Translations under genes and position numbers: made by a program
Part shown: positions 1 through 10,652 of the stretch, piece after piece
Layout: each line of letters begins with the position of its first letter
How positions within the stretch are numbered: the first letter of the stretch is position 1
The notes under the pieces: generated by a model
The model's database searches: none
Seen by the model: only the letters and a program-made list of their open reading frames with translations
What the model was told of the DNA's origin: nothing
Assembly: GCA_963785725.1 (NCBI GenBank)
Contig: CAWAWS010000039.1
Coordinates: 576,001 to 640,000, forward strand
Length of the DNA stretch: 64,000 bases
Direction of reading: 5' to 3'
From: an uncultured delta proteobacterium
GTDB lineage: Bacteria; Myxococcota_A; Polyangia; Palsa-1104

Positions 1-935
1 CCAAAGTCGTCTGCAATACCGTCGGTCCCTTCGCCACCTTCGGCAGCGAGGTCGTCGAGGCCTGTTTGAAAGCGGGCGTGCATTATCTCGACACCACCGG
101 CGAGCAGAACTGGATCAAGGTCTGCGACGAGGAATATGGCCATAAGTTCGCCGATAAGCGGCTCGTGCTCGCGCCCTGCGTGGCGCAGATGTTCACGACG
201 GGCGAGATCGCGGCGCAGATCTGTCTCGAGACGCCGGGCGTCGACACGCTCGACACGCTGGTCTTGTGGAAAGGGTTTCCCACTTACGCGTCGACGCAAT
301 CGATCTTTACCATCTTGATGGCGGACCATCTTTATCTCGAGCACAAGCAGTACGTGAAGTGGCCGACGGCGACCGCTTATGAAGTGACGGTGCCGGGACA
401 ACATCAGACGGCGCTGGCGCTCAGCTGGGGCGGGACGTCGCACCCGATTACGTTCAAGCGCGATCCGCGCGTCGCCACCGTCAAGTCGCTGGGCGGCGTG
501 TTCGACCGGACGCTGATGACGGGCGTGGTGCAGATCGCGCAGATGGTGGAAGAGAAGATCAAGCCGTTGCCGCCGCAGCAGCAGGTCAAGGCGCTGTCGG
601 ACGCGGCGGCGAGCGTGCAAGCGGGAATGCCGCCGCGCGAGAGCCACCGCGTCAATACGTCGCTCGATTCGGTGTGGGCGTCGGGGCCGCTCGGCAAAGT
701 GCACTGCGCGATTTATGGCGCGTGCAACTATAAGCAGACCGGCCTCTTGCAGGCGCACGCCGCCTATCACCTCATTCACGGACAGCCGAAGACGGTTGGG
801 TTCGCGTCGGGCTGTCAGGCGTTCGGACATCGCGAGCTGCTCGGCGCCTTGCAGAGCTTCGGGCTCGTCGGACAGCCGGTCGTCACCAGCAATTTACCGT
901 CGGCGCACAATCGGGGGATGAGCCATGGCCGCTGA
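1..935 (+). CDS. saccharopine dehydrogenase-like NAD(P)-dependent oxidoreductase (5'-truncated by window)
   Basis: Open frame from window start; NTVGPF...GVHYLDTTGE motif of the saccharopine dehydrogenase-like family; overlaps start of next SDR. Confidence 0.75.
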   Translation, partial: KVVCNTVGPFATFGSEVVEACLKAGVHYLDTTGEQNWIKVCDEEYGHKFADKRLVLAPCVAQMFTTGEIAAQICLETPGVDTLDTLVLWKGFPTYASTQSIFTILMADHLYLEHKQYVKWPTATAYEVTVPGQHQTALALSWGGTSHPITFKRDPRVATVKSLGGVFDRTLMTGVVQIAQMVEEKIKPLPPQQQVKALSDAAASVQAGMPPRESHRVNTSLDSVWASGPLGKVHCAIYGACNYKQTGLLQAHAAYHLIHGQPKTVGFASGCQAFGHRELLGALQSFGLVGQPVVTSNLPSAHNRGMSHGR

Positions 936-1689
936 TCTGAAAGGTCGCCGCGCGCTCGTCACCGGCGGCGCGCAAGGGATTGGACGGGCGATCACCAAGC
1001 TGTTCGTCGAGCGCGGCGCGCGCGTCATGATCGCCGACGTCGACGAGCGCGGCGCGATGCGCAGCGCCAACGAGATCGGCGACGCCGTGCGCGCCGTGCG
1101 CTGCGACGTCAGCAGCAGCGACGACTGGAAACGCGCGGTGCAAGCGACGTTGGATGCCTTTGGCGGGCTCGATCTGCTGGTCAATAACGCCGGTGTCGAG
1201 GTCGTCAAGCCGCTCTTCGAGCAGACCGAAGAGGAGTTTACGAGGCTGATGGCGATCAACGTCAATGGCGTGTTTCTCGGTATGAAACATTCATTGGCGC
1301 CTTTGGCGGCGTCGGGAAAAGGCGTCGTCGTCAATATGTCGTCACTGGCCGGAATTGGCGGCGCGCCGCTGTTCGGCTCTTATGCGGCCTCGAAAGCGGC
1401 GGTCATTCAATTGACGCGCGTCGCGGCCGTCGAGCTACGGCAGGCGGGTATTCGCGTCAATGCCGTTTGCCCGGGATTCGTGGGCACGGCGATGGTCGAT
1501 CGGCTGATTCCGGCCGTGGAAGCGGCCGTCGGCGTTCCCTTTAGCGCGCTCGTGGCACTCAAGCAGTCGCGCCTCGGTACGCCGGTAGAGGTCGCCGAAA
1601 TGGTGGCGTTCTTGGCGTCGGACGATGCCTCGTGGACCACCGGCTCTCACTATCTTCTCGACGGCGGTTTGTCAGGAGGCCTTTTATGA
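925..1689 (+). CDS. short-chain dehydrogenase/reductase
   Basis: TGGAQGIG, NNAG and YAASK motifs. Confidence 0.93.
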   Translation: MAADLKGRRALVTGGAQGIGRAITKLFVERGARVMIADVDERGAMRSANEIGDAVRAVRCDVSSSDDWKRAVQATLDAFGGLDLLVNNAGVEVVKPLFEQTEEEFTRLMAINVNGVFLGMKHSLAPLAASGKGVVVNMSSLAGIGGAPLFGSYAASKAAVIQLTRVAAVELRQAGIRVNAVCPGFVGTAMVDRLIPAVEAAVGVPFSALVALKQSRLGTPVEVAEMVAFLASDDASWTTGSHYLLDGGLSGGLL

Positions 1690-2453
1690 GCTCGCCCTTG
1701 TTGCAGAACAAAGTCGCCATCATCACCGGCGCTGGGCGCGGCTTGGGCGCGGCGGTCGCGGCGGCATATGGCGCGGAAGGCGCGAAGGTCGTCGTCTCCG
1801 ACATCGACGCGGCGGCGGCGACGCGCATCGCCAAGACCATCCCCAACGCCATCGCCAACGCCTGCGACGTGCGCAAGCCGGAAGACGTCGAAGCGCTCGT
1901 CAAGCAGACGATCGACAAGCACGGGCGGCTCGACATCATGGTGCCGAACGCCGGCATCGCCAAGGTCGTCCCGATCGCAGAGATGAGCTACGCCGAGTGG
2001 CGCGAGGTCACGTCGGTCAATCTCGACGGCGTCTTTCTCTGCGTGCGTTACGCGGCGCCGGCGCTCATTGCGGGCGGCGGCGGCGTCATCCTCAACATGT
2101 GCTCGATTACGGCGCAGGCGACGGTGCCGCTCATCGCCAGCTACGCGGCGGCCAAAGCGGGCGTGATGTCACTGACGCAGACCGCGGCCCTCGAATTGCG
2201 CGCGCACAACATTCGCGTCAACGCGATCTTGCCGGGATTCATCGATACGACGCTCGTCAAAGAGCACAAGAAGGCGTTCGAGAAGCTGCTCAATCTGCCC
2301 GACTTCGATGCCGTCATCGCGCAGAAGCAGGGGCGTTACGGCACGGTCGAGGAGGTGGCGAAATTAGCCGTGTTCTTGGCTTCCGATCGCTCGCGCTTCT
2401 CGACCGGCGGCGGCTATGTGCTCGACGGCGGCGCGCGCGCCTCACTGCTGTAG
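1686..2453 (+). CDS. short-chain dehydrogenase/reductase
   Basis: TGAGRGLG, NAG and YAAAK motifs; ATGA overlap with upstream stop. Confidence 0.93.
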   Translation: MSSPLLQNKVAIITGAGRGLGAAVAAAYGAEGAKVVVSDIDAAAATRIAKTIPNAIANACDVRKPEDVEALVKQTIDKHGRLDIMVPNAGIAKVVPIAEMSYAEWREVTSVNLDGVFLCVRYAAPALIAGGGGVILNMCSITAQATVPLIASYAAAKAGVMSLTQTAALELRAHNIRVNAILPGFIDTTLVKEHKKAFEKLLNLPDFDAVIAQKQGRYGTVEEVAKLAVFLASDRSRFSTGGGYVLDGGARASLL

Positions 2454-2590
2454 TCGCAAATCTCGGAGCGATCGCAATCAGTAGTAGTCGATAACTAAGT
2501 AACCATTAGTAACTAATACGGCCGAGCGCTCAGCGGTCGCTCGGTCAATTTCTGGTCTCGAAAGGTAAACGGGGAGGGCGCGGACCTGTC

Positions 2591-4186
2591 ATGAATCTCA
2601 TCGACTTCTTCGATCGCGGCGCGTTGCACCATCCCGATCGCGACTGTTTCGTGGCGGGCGAGCGGCGCTATCGATATCGGCAGGTCCGCGCGTTGACGCT
2701 GCGACTGGCCAACGGCCTACGTAGTCTCGACTTCGGCGAAGGCAAGAAGGGCGCGGTCCTCAGCTTCAATGATCCGATCGCGTTCTCCTGCGCGCTGGCG
2801 ATCTTGCGCACCGGCGGCGCGTGGGTGCCGCTCAATCCGAAGAGCGGCATTGACGAGCACGCGCATGTACTGACGCAGTTCGACTGCGACCTCGTCTTCT
2901 ATCAGCATCAGCTGGCGCCGGTCGTGGATGCCTTGCGTGCGCGCGTGCCGAACGTGCGCCATTGGCGCTGCATCGACGCGGCCGTCGCCGATGAGCCGGC
3001 GGTCCTCGAATGGGCGGCGCAGCTGAGCGACGACGAGGTGGATCTGCCGCCGAATCCCGAGCGGCTGGCGATGCTCGTCGGCACCGGCGGCACGACCGGG
3101 CGGCCCAAAGGCGTCATGTTGTCCAATCGCAGCGTCGAGACGTTCTGCGCGACGACGCTGGCGGTGATGCCGCACGACGCGCCGCCGGTCTATTTGGCGG
3201 CGGCGCCGCTGACGCACGCGGCGGGGATTCTCTGCTTCCCGTTCTTCGCCGAAGGCGCGACGATCATCGTACACACCAAGGTCGATCCGCAGGCGATCTT
3301 GGCCGCGATCGCGCGCGATCGCGTGACGACATTGTTCCTGCCGCCGACCGCGATCTATATGTTGTTGGCGCAGCCCAATGTGCGCGACTTCGATTATCAG
3401 TCACTGCGCTATTTCATTTATGGCGCCGCGCCGATGTCGACCGACAAGCTCAAAGAGGCGCTGTCCGTGTTCGGGCCGGTGATGGCGCAGCTGTATGGGC
3501 AGAGCGAATCGCCGATGCTGGTGACGTTCTTGACGCCGCGCGAGCACTTCGAGCCTCTGCGGCCTTCGCCCGCGCCTGGCGGCGCGATGAAGGCCGAGCG
3601 CGGCGCCGTGGCCAGCGATGCGCGGCTGCGCAGCTGCGGGCGTGTGACGCCATTTACGCGCGCGTCGATCATGGACGAAGAAGGGCGCCATTTGCCGGTG
3701 GGCGAAGTGGGCGAGATCGTCGTGCGCGGCGACCTGGTCATGAGCGGCTATTATCGCGACGTGGCGGAGACGGTGGCGGCGAGCGAGCACGGCTGGCATC
3801 ACACCGGCGACTTGGGCTATCGCGACGGCGACGGCTATTACACGATCGTCGATCGCAAGAAGGACCTCATCATTTCCGGCGGGTTCAATATTTATCCCGG
3901 CGAAATCGAGCAGGTCTTGTGGTCGCATCCGGCGGTGCAGGACTGCGCGGTCATCGGCGTTCCCGACGATAAATGGGGCGAGGCGGTCAAGGCGTTGGTG
4001 GAGCTGAAGCCGGGACAGACGGCGACGGCGCAGGCGCTCATCGCGTTCTGCAAGATGCGGCTGAGCAGCGTCAAGGCGCCGAAGACGGTGGAGATCCTCG
4101 AGTCACTGCCGCGCAGCACCGTCGGCAAAGTGCTGAAGAAAGAGCTGCGCGCGAAGTATTGGGTCGGTCAGGTGCGTAAGATCTGA
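2591..4186 (+). CDS. acyl-CoA synthetase (AMP-forming ligase)
   Basis: TGGTTGRPKG, YGQSE, HTGDLG, DRKKDLIISGGFNIYP and GKVLK motifs. Confidence 0.93.
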   Translation: MNLIDFFDRGALHHPDRDCFVAGERRYRYRQVRALTLRLANGLRSLDFGEGKKGAVLSFNDPIAFSCALAILRTGGAWVPLNPKSGIDEHAHVLTQFDCDLVFYQHQLAPVVDALRARVPNVRHWRCIDAAVADEPAVLEWAAQLSDDEVDLPPNPERLAMLVGTGGTTGRPKGVMLSNRSVETFCATTLAVMPHDAPPVYLAAAPLTHAAGILCFPFFAEGATIIVHTKVDPQAILAAIARDRVTTLFLPPTAIYMLLAQPNVRDFDYQSLRYFIYGAAPMSTDKLKEALSVFGPVMAQLYGQSESPMLVTFLTPREHFEPLRPSPAPGGAMKAERGAVASDARLRSCGRVTPFTRASIMDEEGRHLPVGEVGEIVVRGDLVMSGYYRDVAETVAASEHGWHHTGDLGYRDGDGYYTIVDRKKDLIISGGFNIYPGEIEQVLWSHPAVQDCAVIGVPDDKWGEAVKALVELKPGQTATAQALIAFCKMRLSSVKAPKTVEILESLPRSTVGKVLKKELRAKYWVGQVRKI

Positions 4187-4393
4187 GCGCGCGCGATCGC
4201 GAGGTTGAAGTAAACGATCGTTTACTTGCGAGCCTATTGTTCGCCACGCGCGCATCGAATTGCACGCAATCCGCACGCGCTGACGAACGTACCGGCGCCG
4301 ACCAATGCCGCGAGCGGCACCGACGAACGCACGCCGCGCCTGCGCAGATTCTGCGCGGCGCGGCGTCCTATTTAACGATTGTCGCGGACGCGA

Positions 4394-4804
4394 TTAAGCG
4401 GCGGCGTACGTCATGGCGCGCTTCTCGCCAGTCGTCTTGACGCGCTTGGCGGCGCGCAGCTTGGCGAGCGCGGCCTTGACGACCTTCGGCGCCAGCGGCA
4501 GCTGCTTCTGGATCTGCTCGCTGCGCAGCCCCGGCGTGCCTTTGACGATATCGAGCACGCGCGCCAGCATCGGCTCGTTCAGCGCGCCACGACGGCCGCG
4601 CTTGCCGCCCGTCGCCGGAGCGGCGGCGGCGCTGGTCGACGTCGTCGACGCAGCCGCCAGCTGGCGGCCGGCGCCCGAACCCATCACGTGCATGAGCTGG
4701 TTGGCGATGTCGGCGCGCACGGCCTCGGCGATCTGGCGGGCGGCGACAGTAAGGATCGTTCCGATACGCACTTCGAGTGCATTCTGCTTACGGGGACGCG
4801 GCAT
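4394..4804 (-). CDS. small basic putative DNA-binding protein (C-terminal winged-helix-like)
   Basis: Lys/Arg/Ala-rich; C-terminal PGLRSEQIQKQL...VKTTGEKRAMTY resembles a wHTH; AT-rich upstream region. Confidence 0.6.
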   Translation of the reverse strand: MPRPRKQNALEVRIGTILTVAARQIAEAVRADIANQLMHVMGSGAGRQLAAASTTSTSAAAAPATGGKRGRRGALNEPMLARVLDIVKGTPGLRSEQIQKQLPLAPKVVKAALAKLRAAKRVKTTGEKRAMTYAAA

Positions 4805-5206
4805 GTCGGGATTGCTATACCATACGCAAATAAAAATCCAGTGAATCGCAACACAGATAAACATGAGCGCACACGAGCCAATCGACTCGGCGGCGGACAA
4901 TAGCTGCAATCGAATGATAAATATCTAAAATTGAAGTGATTTCCTCAATTGTAAAGGAATCGTTAAGAGTCAGTGGATCAATGTCACATTCGGACTGATC
5001 CCTTTGCGAGGCAGTTTCCGGGTATTCCGGGTTTCGGCCCAATGACAGCAATTGGTCGATTGAAGGCCCGGCCGGCCTTGTCTTCAATAGCGCGCCAACA
5101 GCGACGCCCCTTGTTCGCGCTCACGGGCACTGATCGCGATCGAGCGCGGCTTGGCGACGCGCGCGGCGCCGGCGAACTTTTACGGCGCAGGCGGTGTTTC
5201 GACGGT

Positions 5207-6319
5207 ATGGCGCTCGGCCGTCGCTCATTCTTGCAGCTGCTGGCGGCCGGCGCCGCTGGCTGTGCGGCGCGTCCGTCGTCGCCCATCGCGCGGGTCGCCG
5301 GCGCCACGGCTGCGACGGCCACGCCCGCGGCCAAGCCGCTGCGCATTCTGATCCTCGGCGGCACCGGCTTCATCGGCCCGGTGCTGGTGCGGCTGGCCCG
5401 CGCCCGCGGCCACACGATCACGCTCTTCAACCGCGGTAAGACCAATCCGCATCTCTTCCCCGACGTCGAGACGATCCTCGGCGATCGCCGCACCGATATC
5501 GATCGCCTAAAGGGTCGCGACTGGGATGCGGTCATCGACACGTGGGTCATGCTGCCGGCGAGCGTGCGGGCCGCGGCCGAGCGCTTGCGCGATCGCATCG
5601 GCCATTATCTGTTCATTTCGACCATCTCGGTCTATCGCCTGGGCCGCGCGCCGATCGACGAGGATTCGCCGCTGCTCACGGTCGCACCCGAGCGGCTGGC
5701 GAAGCCATCGGCCGACGACTACGGCGGCTTGAAGGCGTTGGCCGAGCGCGCCGCCGAGGAGGCGATGCCGGGCCGCGCGACGTCGCTGCGCGCCGGCGTC
5801 ATCGTCGGCGCCGGCGATCCATCGGGGCGCTTCGTCTATTGGCCGCGCCGGCTCGAGCGCGGCGGCGACGTGCTGGTCCCGACCGGCGCCGACGGGCGCA
5901 TGCAATTCATCGACGTGCGCGACCTGGCGCAGTTTACCGTGCGCGCGCTCGAGGATCGCGCGTTCGGCATCTTCAACGTCGTCGGACCGGCCGATCCGGC
6001 GCTCGGCAGCGTGCTCGGCGCCATCGACGGCGCCGTCGGCCATTCGGCCCACCTCGTCTACGCCGATCGCGCCTGGATGAACGCGCGGGACGCCGGCGGC
6101 TGGGACGACTTCCCGCTCGTGGTCGCCAACGACGACGACCAGGCGGGCTTCGGCCACGTGTCGGCGGCGCGCGCGCTCGCCCGCGGCCTCACGTTTCATC
6201 CCGTCGCCGACACGGCGACGAGCGCGCTCGCGTGGTGGAAAGAGAACGGCCGGCCGCCCGGACCCGGCATCAGCCCCGAGCGCGAAGCCGAATTGCTGTC
6301 GCGCTGGCGCTCGCGATAA
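5207..6319 (+). CDS. NAD-dependent epimerase/dehydratase-family protein with Tat signal
   Basis: GRRSFL Tat motif; LILGGTGFIG Rossmann motif; YGGLK. Confidence 0.85.
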   Translation: MALGRRSFLQLLAAGAAGCAARPSSPIARVAGATAATATPAAKPLRILILGGTGFIGPVLVRLARARGHTITLFNRGKTNPHLFPDVETILGDRRTDIDRLKGRDWDAVIDTWVMLPASVRAAAERLRDRIGHYLFISTISVYRLGRAPIDEDSPLLTVAPERLAKPSADDYGGLKALAERAAEEAMPGRATSLRAGVIVGAGDPSGRFVYWPRRLERGGDVLVPTGADGRMQFIDVRDLAQFTVRALEDRAFGIFNVVGPADPALGSVLGAIDGAVGHSAHLVYADRAWMNARDAGGWDDFPLVVANDDDQAGFGHVSAARALARGLTFHPVADTATSALAWWKENGRPPGPGISPEREAELLSRWRSR

Positions 6320-6322
6320 ATT

Positions 6323-7012
6323 CTATTTGGCGGACGGGAGAATCTTGAAGTTGCGGAAGGCGGCGTCGTGGCCGTCGATCCACAGCCCGACGCGACCCTT
6401 GCCGTGCGCCAATCGATCGACCACCAGGCTCGGCTGTTTGGCGCCGTCGACGAACACGCGCACCGTCTGCTGGCCGACCTCGACGCGCGCGTGAAACCAG
6501 CCGTGCGCATCGGGGATCGGCGCCACGGTCGCTTCGTACTTCAGCGGCGAGCCGGCGCGCAGCTGCTCCCACGTATGCGCGGGCCAGGCGACGTATTGCA
6601 CGGCGTGGCTGCGGAACGCTTGCCCGTCTTGCGTGCCCGCGCGCGTGAAATTGAACGGCCGAAAATAGACGGCCTCGAAGTGCTGGCCGTCGCGGGCGTT
6701 GAACGCGAGGCCGAGGAAGACGCGCTCGTCGCCTTGGCCTTGCAGGTCGACCTCGAGCGCGCCTTCGCCGAAGTCGACGCCTTCGACCAGCGCCATGCCG
6801 ACGTTGCTGGGCGTGCTCGCGTCCGCCTTCGGCTGCAGGCGCACGACGGTTTGCCCCTTGTCGGTGGCGACGGCGGCGGCGCCGTTGACGAGGCGCCAGC
6901 TCTTGCCGTCGTTGATCGTGGCGAGCTCGGGCTCGGCGGCGAATACGGCTGGGACCGACGAGAAAACGAGCGCGAAGAGGCCCATCGATAGTCCACGCCG
7001 GCCGCTGGTCAT
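6323..7012 (-). CDS. secreted beta-sandwich (ConA/DUF1080-like) hypothetical protein
   Basis: Signal peptide; FEAVYFRPFN and WFHARVEV...VRVFVDG...GRVGLW pattern. Confidence 0.6.
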   Translation of the reverse strand: MTSGRRGLSMGLFALVFSSVPAVFAAEPELATINDGKSWRLVNGAAAVATDKGQTVVRLQPKADASTPSNVGMALVEGVDFGEGALEVDLQGQGDERVFLGLAFNARDGQHFEAVYFRPFNFTRAGTQDGQAFRSHAVQYVAWPAHTWEQLRAGSPLKYEATVAPIPDAHGWFHARVEVGQQTVRVFVDGAKQPSLVVDRLAHGKGRVGLWIDGHDAAFRNFKILPSAK

Positions 7013-7147
7013 GGCGGTGGAAACCCGCAGCCGCGTGTGGGTTCGCGCGCCCGTCGCGCGTGGCGACGGGCGGCGAATGAGTGGGGGATTACGAGTGCAG
7101 AAGCGGATCGGCCGCGCGCCAGGCGCGCCGAGTGAAGCGGGCGACGA

Positions 7148-10100
7148 TCAGCCGATCGACTTCTGGCACGTCGCGCTGCAGCCGGGCGTGTTCGGCGGCT
7201 CGCACTGCTCGCCGTACGCCGGCTCGACGATGCCGTCGCCGCAATAGGGCGCCGTCATGCACGTCGTCGAGCACAAGCCGGGACCATAAGGCTGCGACTG
7301 GTTGGCGCTGCCGTTGTCGCACTGCTCGTTGCCGTTCTTCATGCCGTCGCCGCAGTAATCGGCGAGCGTGCAGTTGGCGTTGCAGGTGCCGTAGCTGCCG
7401 TCGTTGACGCCGTTGTCGCACTGCTCCGTGCCGTTCTTGATGCCGTCGCCGCAGTAGCCGGCCAGCGTGCAGTTGGGCTGGCACTTGCCGTAACCGCCGG
7501 TGTTGTTGGCGGCGCCGTTGTCGCACTGCTCGCCCGGATCGAGGACGCCGTTGCCGCACAAGAGCGTGCAGGTCGCGGTGCAGGGATCGGCCGAGGCGCC
7601 GTTCGAGACGCCGTCGTCGCACTGCTCGCCGCCGTTGATGATGCCGTCGCCGCAGTGCGGACCGACGGTGCACGACGTCGTGCATTTGCCGTAGCCGTTG
7701 CTGTTGGCGGCGCCGTTGTCGCACGCTTCGCCGTTGGAGACGATGCCGTCGCCGCAATAGGGCGCGTAGACGCAGCCGGGGCCGCACTGCTTCGACGTGC
7801 CGCCGTAGGTGGCGAGGTTGCTGCCGTCGTCGCAGGTTTCGGGCGGGTTGGTGACGATGGCGTCGCCGCAATAGGGCGCGCGGCCCACGCAGCCGGGCAA
7901 GCAGTCGCCGTATTTGCCGTCGTTCTTGCCGTCGTCGCAGACCTCGTTGCCTTCGACCTTGCCGTCGCCGCAGATGGGCGCGCACACCGAGATCGTGTGC
8001 GTGAAGCCGCTCAACGTCAGCGTGTAGTTGGAGCCGCAGGTGTGGCGCTCGGCCTGGAACATGTCGATCGTGTACATGCCCTGGTCGGCGAGGCCATAGG
8101 TGGTGGCGTGGGCGGCGTCGAGCGTGACCGAGCCGCTCGTCGGGCCGTGCACGCCGCCGATGTCGACGGCGAGGTGGCCGTTGATGAACACCCAGACGTC
8201 GTCGTCGCCGGTGAACGAGAAGGTCGGCGACGTGCTGGCCGAATAGGTGAACGGATAGTGCAGCTCGCTCGTGAACGAGAAGTTGGCGTTGGCCAGGCCC
8301 GAGCACGTCGACAGCTGCGGCGTCGAGCTCGCGTTCCAGCCCAAGCCGTCGAGGGGGAAGAAGGCCGACGTCGAGAACTGGTACACGTTCGTCTGACCGC
8401 TGACGGCGGGGAGCGTGAGCGTCGTCGGGTTGCCGCTCGCGTCGGTGTAGACGTCCTTGGCGTACGGGTTGGGCGAGCCGGCGACGCCGTCGCAGCCGGT
8501 GTCGTGGTACCACCAGCAGAAGTTTTCGGCCGTGGTCAGCGACGGCTTGGAGACGTTGCCGACCGACGCGAACACGGGCTGGCTGTCGCGCACGCCGGTC
8601 GTCGGATTGACCGTGCCCAGCGTCGAATTGACGAGGCCAGTCTGCACGCCGTTGTTGTAGTGCTCGAAGTCGGGGTGGCCGTTGATCGTCTTGCCATTGA
8701 CGGTCATCGTCGTGCCGTTCCACAGCATGTCGCGATAGAGGATCGGGATGACGAGCTGCGCCGGCGGCGCCTGATCGGTCGCGGTGCAGGTGAAGCCGGC
8801 CTCCTTGGTGCACGTCGAGGAGCAGCCGTCGCCGTTGATGAGGTTGCCGTCGTCGCACTCTTCGCTCGGGAACTTGAGGCCGTCGCCGCAGACCGCGGTG
8901 CAGGTGCCGCCTGAACAAGTGGGCTCGATGGTGCAAGTCGCCGAGCAGCCGTCATAAGGCTGCGTATTGCCGTCGTCGCACTGCTCGAAGCCTTCGACTT
9001 TGCCGTCGCCGCACTTGGTCGCGTGGCAGACCGACTGCGGCGTCGTCGTCTGTGTCGTGCAAGCGAAGCCGGTCTCCAGCGTGCACGTGGCCGAGCAGCC
9101 GTCGCCGGAGACGGTATTGCCGTCGTCGCACTGCTCGTTGCCGGCGATGATGCCGTCGCCGCAGGTCTTGGCCGTGCAGGCGGCGCCCGGCGTCGTGCAC
9201 TGCCAGCCGCTCTCGACGGTGCAGGTCGACGAGCAGCCGTCGCCCGACTTCGTGTTGCCGTCGTCGCAGGTCTCCGAGCCGGTGACTTTGCCGTCGCCGC
9301 ACTTGACCGTCGAGACGCAGGGCTTGCCGATGTCGGGGCAGGTGAAGTTGGGCTCGACGGTGCAGGTGGCCGAGCAGCCGTCGCCGGAGACTTTATTGCC
9401 GTCGTCGCACTGCTCGCCGAGGTCGAGGTTCAGCTTGCCGTCGCCGCAGTAGGCGATGAGCGTGCAGGCCATGCCGGCCGTCGGGCAGGTGTAGCCGGGC
9501 TCGACCACGCACGTCGACGAGCAGCCGTCGCCGGAGACGGTGTTGCCGTCATCGCACTGCTCGCCCGGATCGCGATGCGCGTCGCCGCACTTGGGGACTG
9601 GAACGGCCGTGCAGGCGCCGCCTTTGGGGCAGGTGAAGCCGGACTCGACCTGCGAGCAGTCGGCCGAGCAGCCGTCGCCGGAGACGGTGTTGCCGTCGTC
9701 GCAGGCTTCGTTGCCCTCGATGATGCCGTCGCCGCAGATGATCGTCGACGTGCACACTTCGTGCGTCGGGCTCGGCGGCGGCGTGGGCGTGGCGCAGACG
9801 TAGTTGGGCTCGATGTGGCACGTGCCCGAGCAGCCGTCGCCGGGCGTGGCGTTGCCGTCGTCGCACTCTTCGGGCGGCTGCACGATGCCGTCGCCGCAGT
9901 AAGGATTTTTGGTGCACGGCATGCCCGGCGTCGCGCAGGTGTAGCCGGGCTCGGGCGTGCACGTCGACGAGCAGCCGTCGCCGGAGACGGTGTTGCCGTC
10001 GTCGCAGCCTTCGTCGAGATCGAGGACGCCGTTGCCGCACGCCGGCGACGCGGCGACGTTGCACGGCTTGCCCGCCGTCGGACAGATGTAGCCGGGCTCG

Positions 10101-10336
10101 ACGCTGCAGGTCGAGGAGCAGCCGTCGCCGGAGACGGTGTTGCCGTCATCGCACGACTCGCCGGCGTTGAGCACGCCGTTGCCGCACACCGCGGTCGTCG
10201 CTTGCGCGAGATCGTCGCCGCCGCCGCCACCGACGGAGCCGTCGCTGCCGTCTTTTCCGCCGCTGCCGGCGCAGCCGGCGAGCCCCAAGAAAACCGTACA
10301 GGCGACAGCCCACACGCCGTTCCGATAGCGATTCAT
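7148..10336 (-). CDS. myxococcal Cys-rich repeat (DUF4215) lipoprotein with fibro-slime/PA14-like domain
   Basis: LAGC lipobox; many CG(D/N)G...E.CDDGN..SGDGCS repeats; HPDFE, FFPLD and FTGDDDVWVFING fibro-slime motifs. Confidence 0.9.
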   Translation of the reverse strand: MNRYRNGVWAVACTVFLGLAGCAGSGGKDGSDGSVGGGGGDDLAQATTAVCGNGVLNAGESCDDGNTVSGDGCSSTCSVEPGYICPTAGKPCNVAASPACGNGVLDLDEGCDDGNTVSGDGCSSTCTPEPGYTCATPGMPCTKNPYCGDGIVQPPEECDDGNATPGDGCSGTCHIEPNYVCATPTPPPSPTHEVCTSTIICGDGIIEGNEACDDGNTVSGDGCSADCSQVESGFTCPKGGACTAVPVPKCGDAHRDPGEQCDDGNTVSGDGCSSTCVVEPGYTCPTAGMACTLIAYCGDGKLNLDLGEQCDDGNKVSGDGCSATCTVEPNFTCPDIGKPCVSTVKCGDGKVTGSETCDDGNTKSGDGCSSTCTVESGWQCTTPGAACTAKTCGDGIIAGNEQCDDGNTVSGDGCSATCTLETGFACTTQTTTPQSVCHATKCGDGKVEGFEQCDDGNTQPYDGCSATCTIEPTCSGGTCTAVCGDGLKFPSEECDDGNLINGDGCSSTCTKEAGFTCTATDQAPPAQLVIPILYRDMLWNGTTMTVNGKTINGHPDFEHYNNGVQTGLVNSTLGTVNPTTGVRDSQPVFASVGNVSKPSLTTAENFCWWYHDTGCDGVAGSPNPYAKDVYTDASGNPTTLTLPAVSGQTNVYQFSTSAFFPLDGLGWNASSTPQLSTCSGLANANFSFTSELHYPFTYSASTSPTFSFTGDDDVWVFINGHLAVDIGGVHGPTSGSVTLDAAHATTYGLADQGMYTIDMFQAERHTCGSNYTLTLSGFTHTISVCAPICGDGKVEGNEVCDDGKNDGKYGDCLPGCVGRAPYCGDAIVTNPPETCDDGSNLATYGGTSKQCGPGCVYAPYCGDGIVSNGEACDNGAANSNGYGKCTTSCTVGPHCGDGIINGGEQCDDGVSNGASADPCTATCTLLCGNGVLDPGEQCDNGAANNTGGYGKCQPNCTLAGYCGDGIKNGTEQCDNGVNDGSYGTCNANCTLADYCGDGMKNGNEQCDNGSANQSQPYGPGLCSTTCMTAPYCGDGIVEPAYGEQCEPPNTPGCSATCQKSIG

Positions 10337-10652
10337 GCTTTTCCTTGTTTGAAAATGAAAGGAGAACAACTGTTGGTTTTTTACAGAATTTCCTCTCGGA
10401 GATCGATGGCGTTTTATGCCGTACATCAGCGGCTTTCCCGTCGGTGGCAGCAGCTCATGTGGGTAAGCGGACGATCGTAGGCGGCGAGGTGCGACAACCG
10501 TGTCGATTAGCCTCGCGTTAGATGCGACTGCGCTTTCGATGTAACAAAGTGTCGCGCAATCGACGACTGCGCGCGCAGCGATCGACGACGGCGCCGGCCT
10601 TGGCGCCGCCGTCCGGCGCTTGCCGCTCGCGAGACTCGGTTATAGTCCGGCG

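Noticed and set aside
7148..10336. DNA repeat array (gagcagccgtcgccggagacggt...)
   Set aside because: These are in-frame codons of the DUF4215 Cys-rich protein repeats
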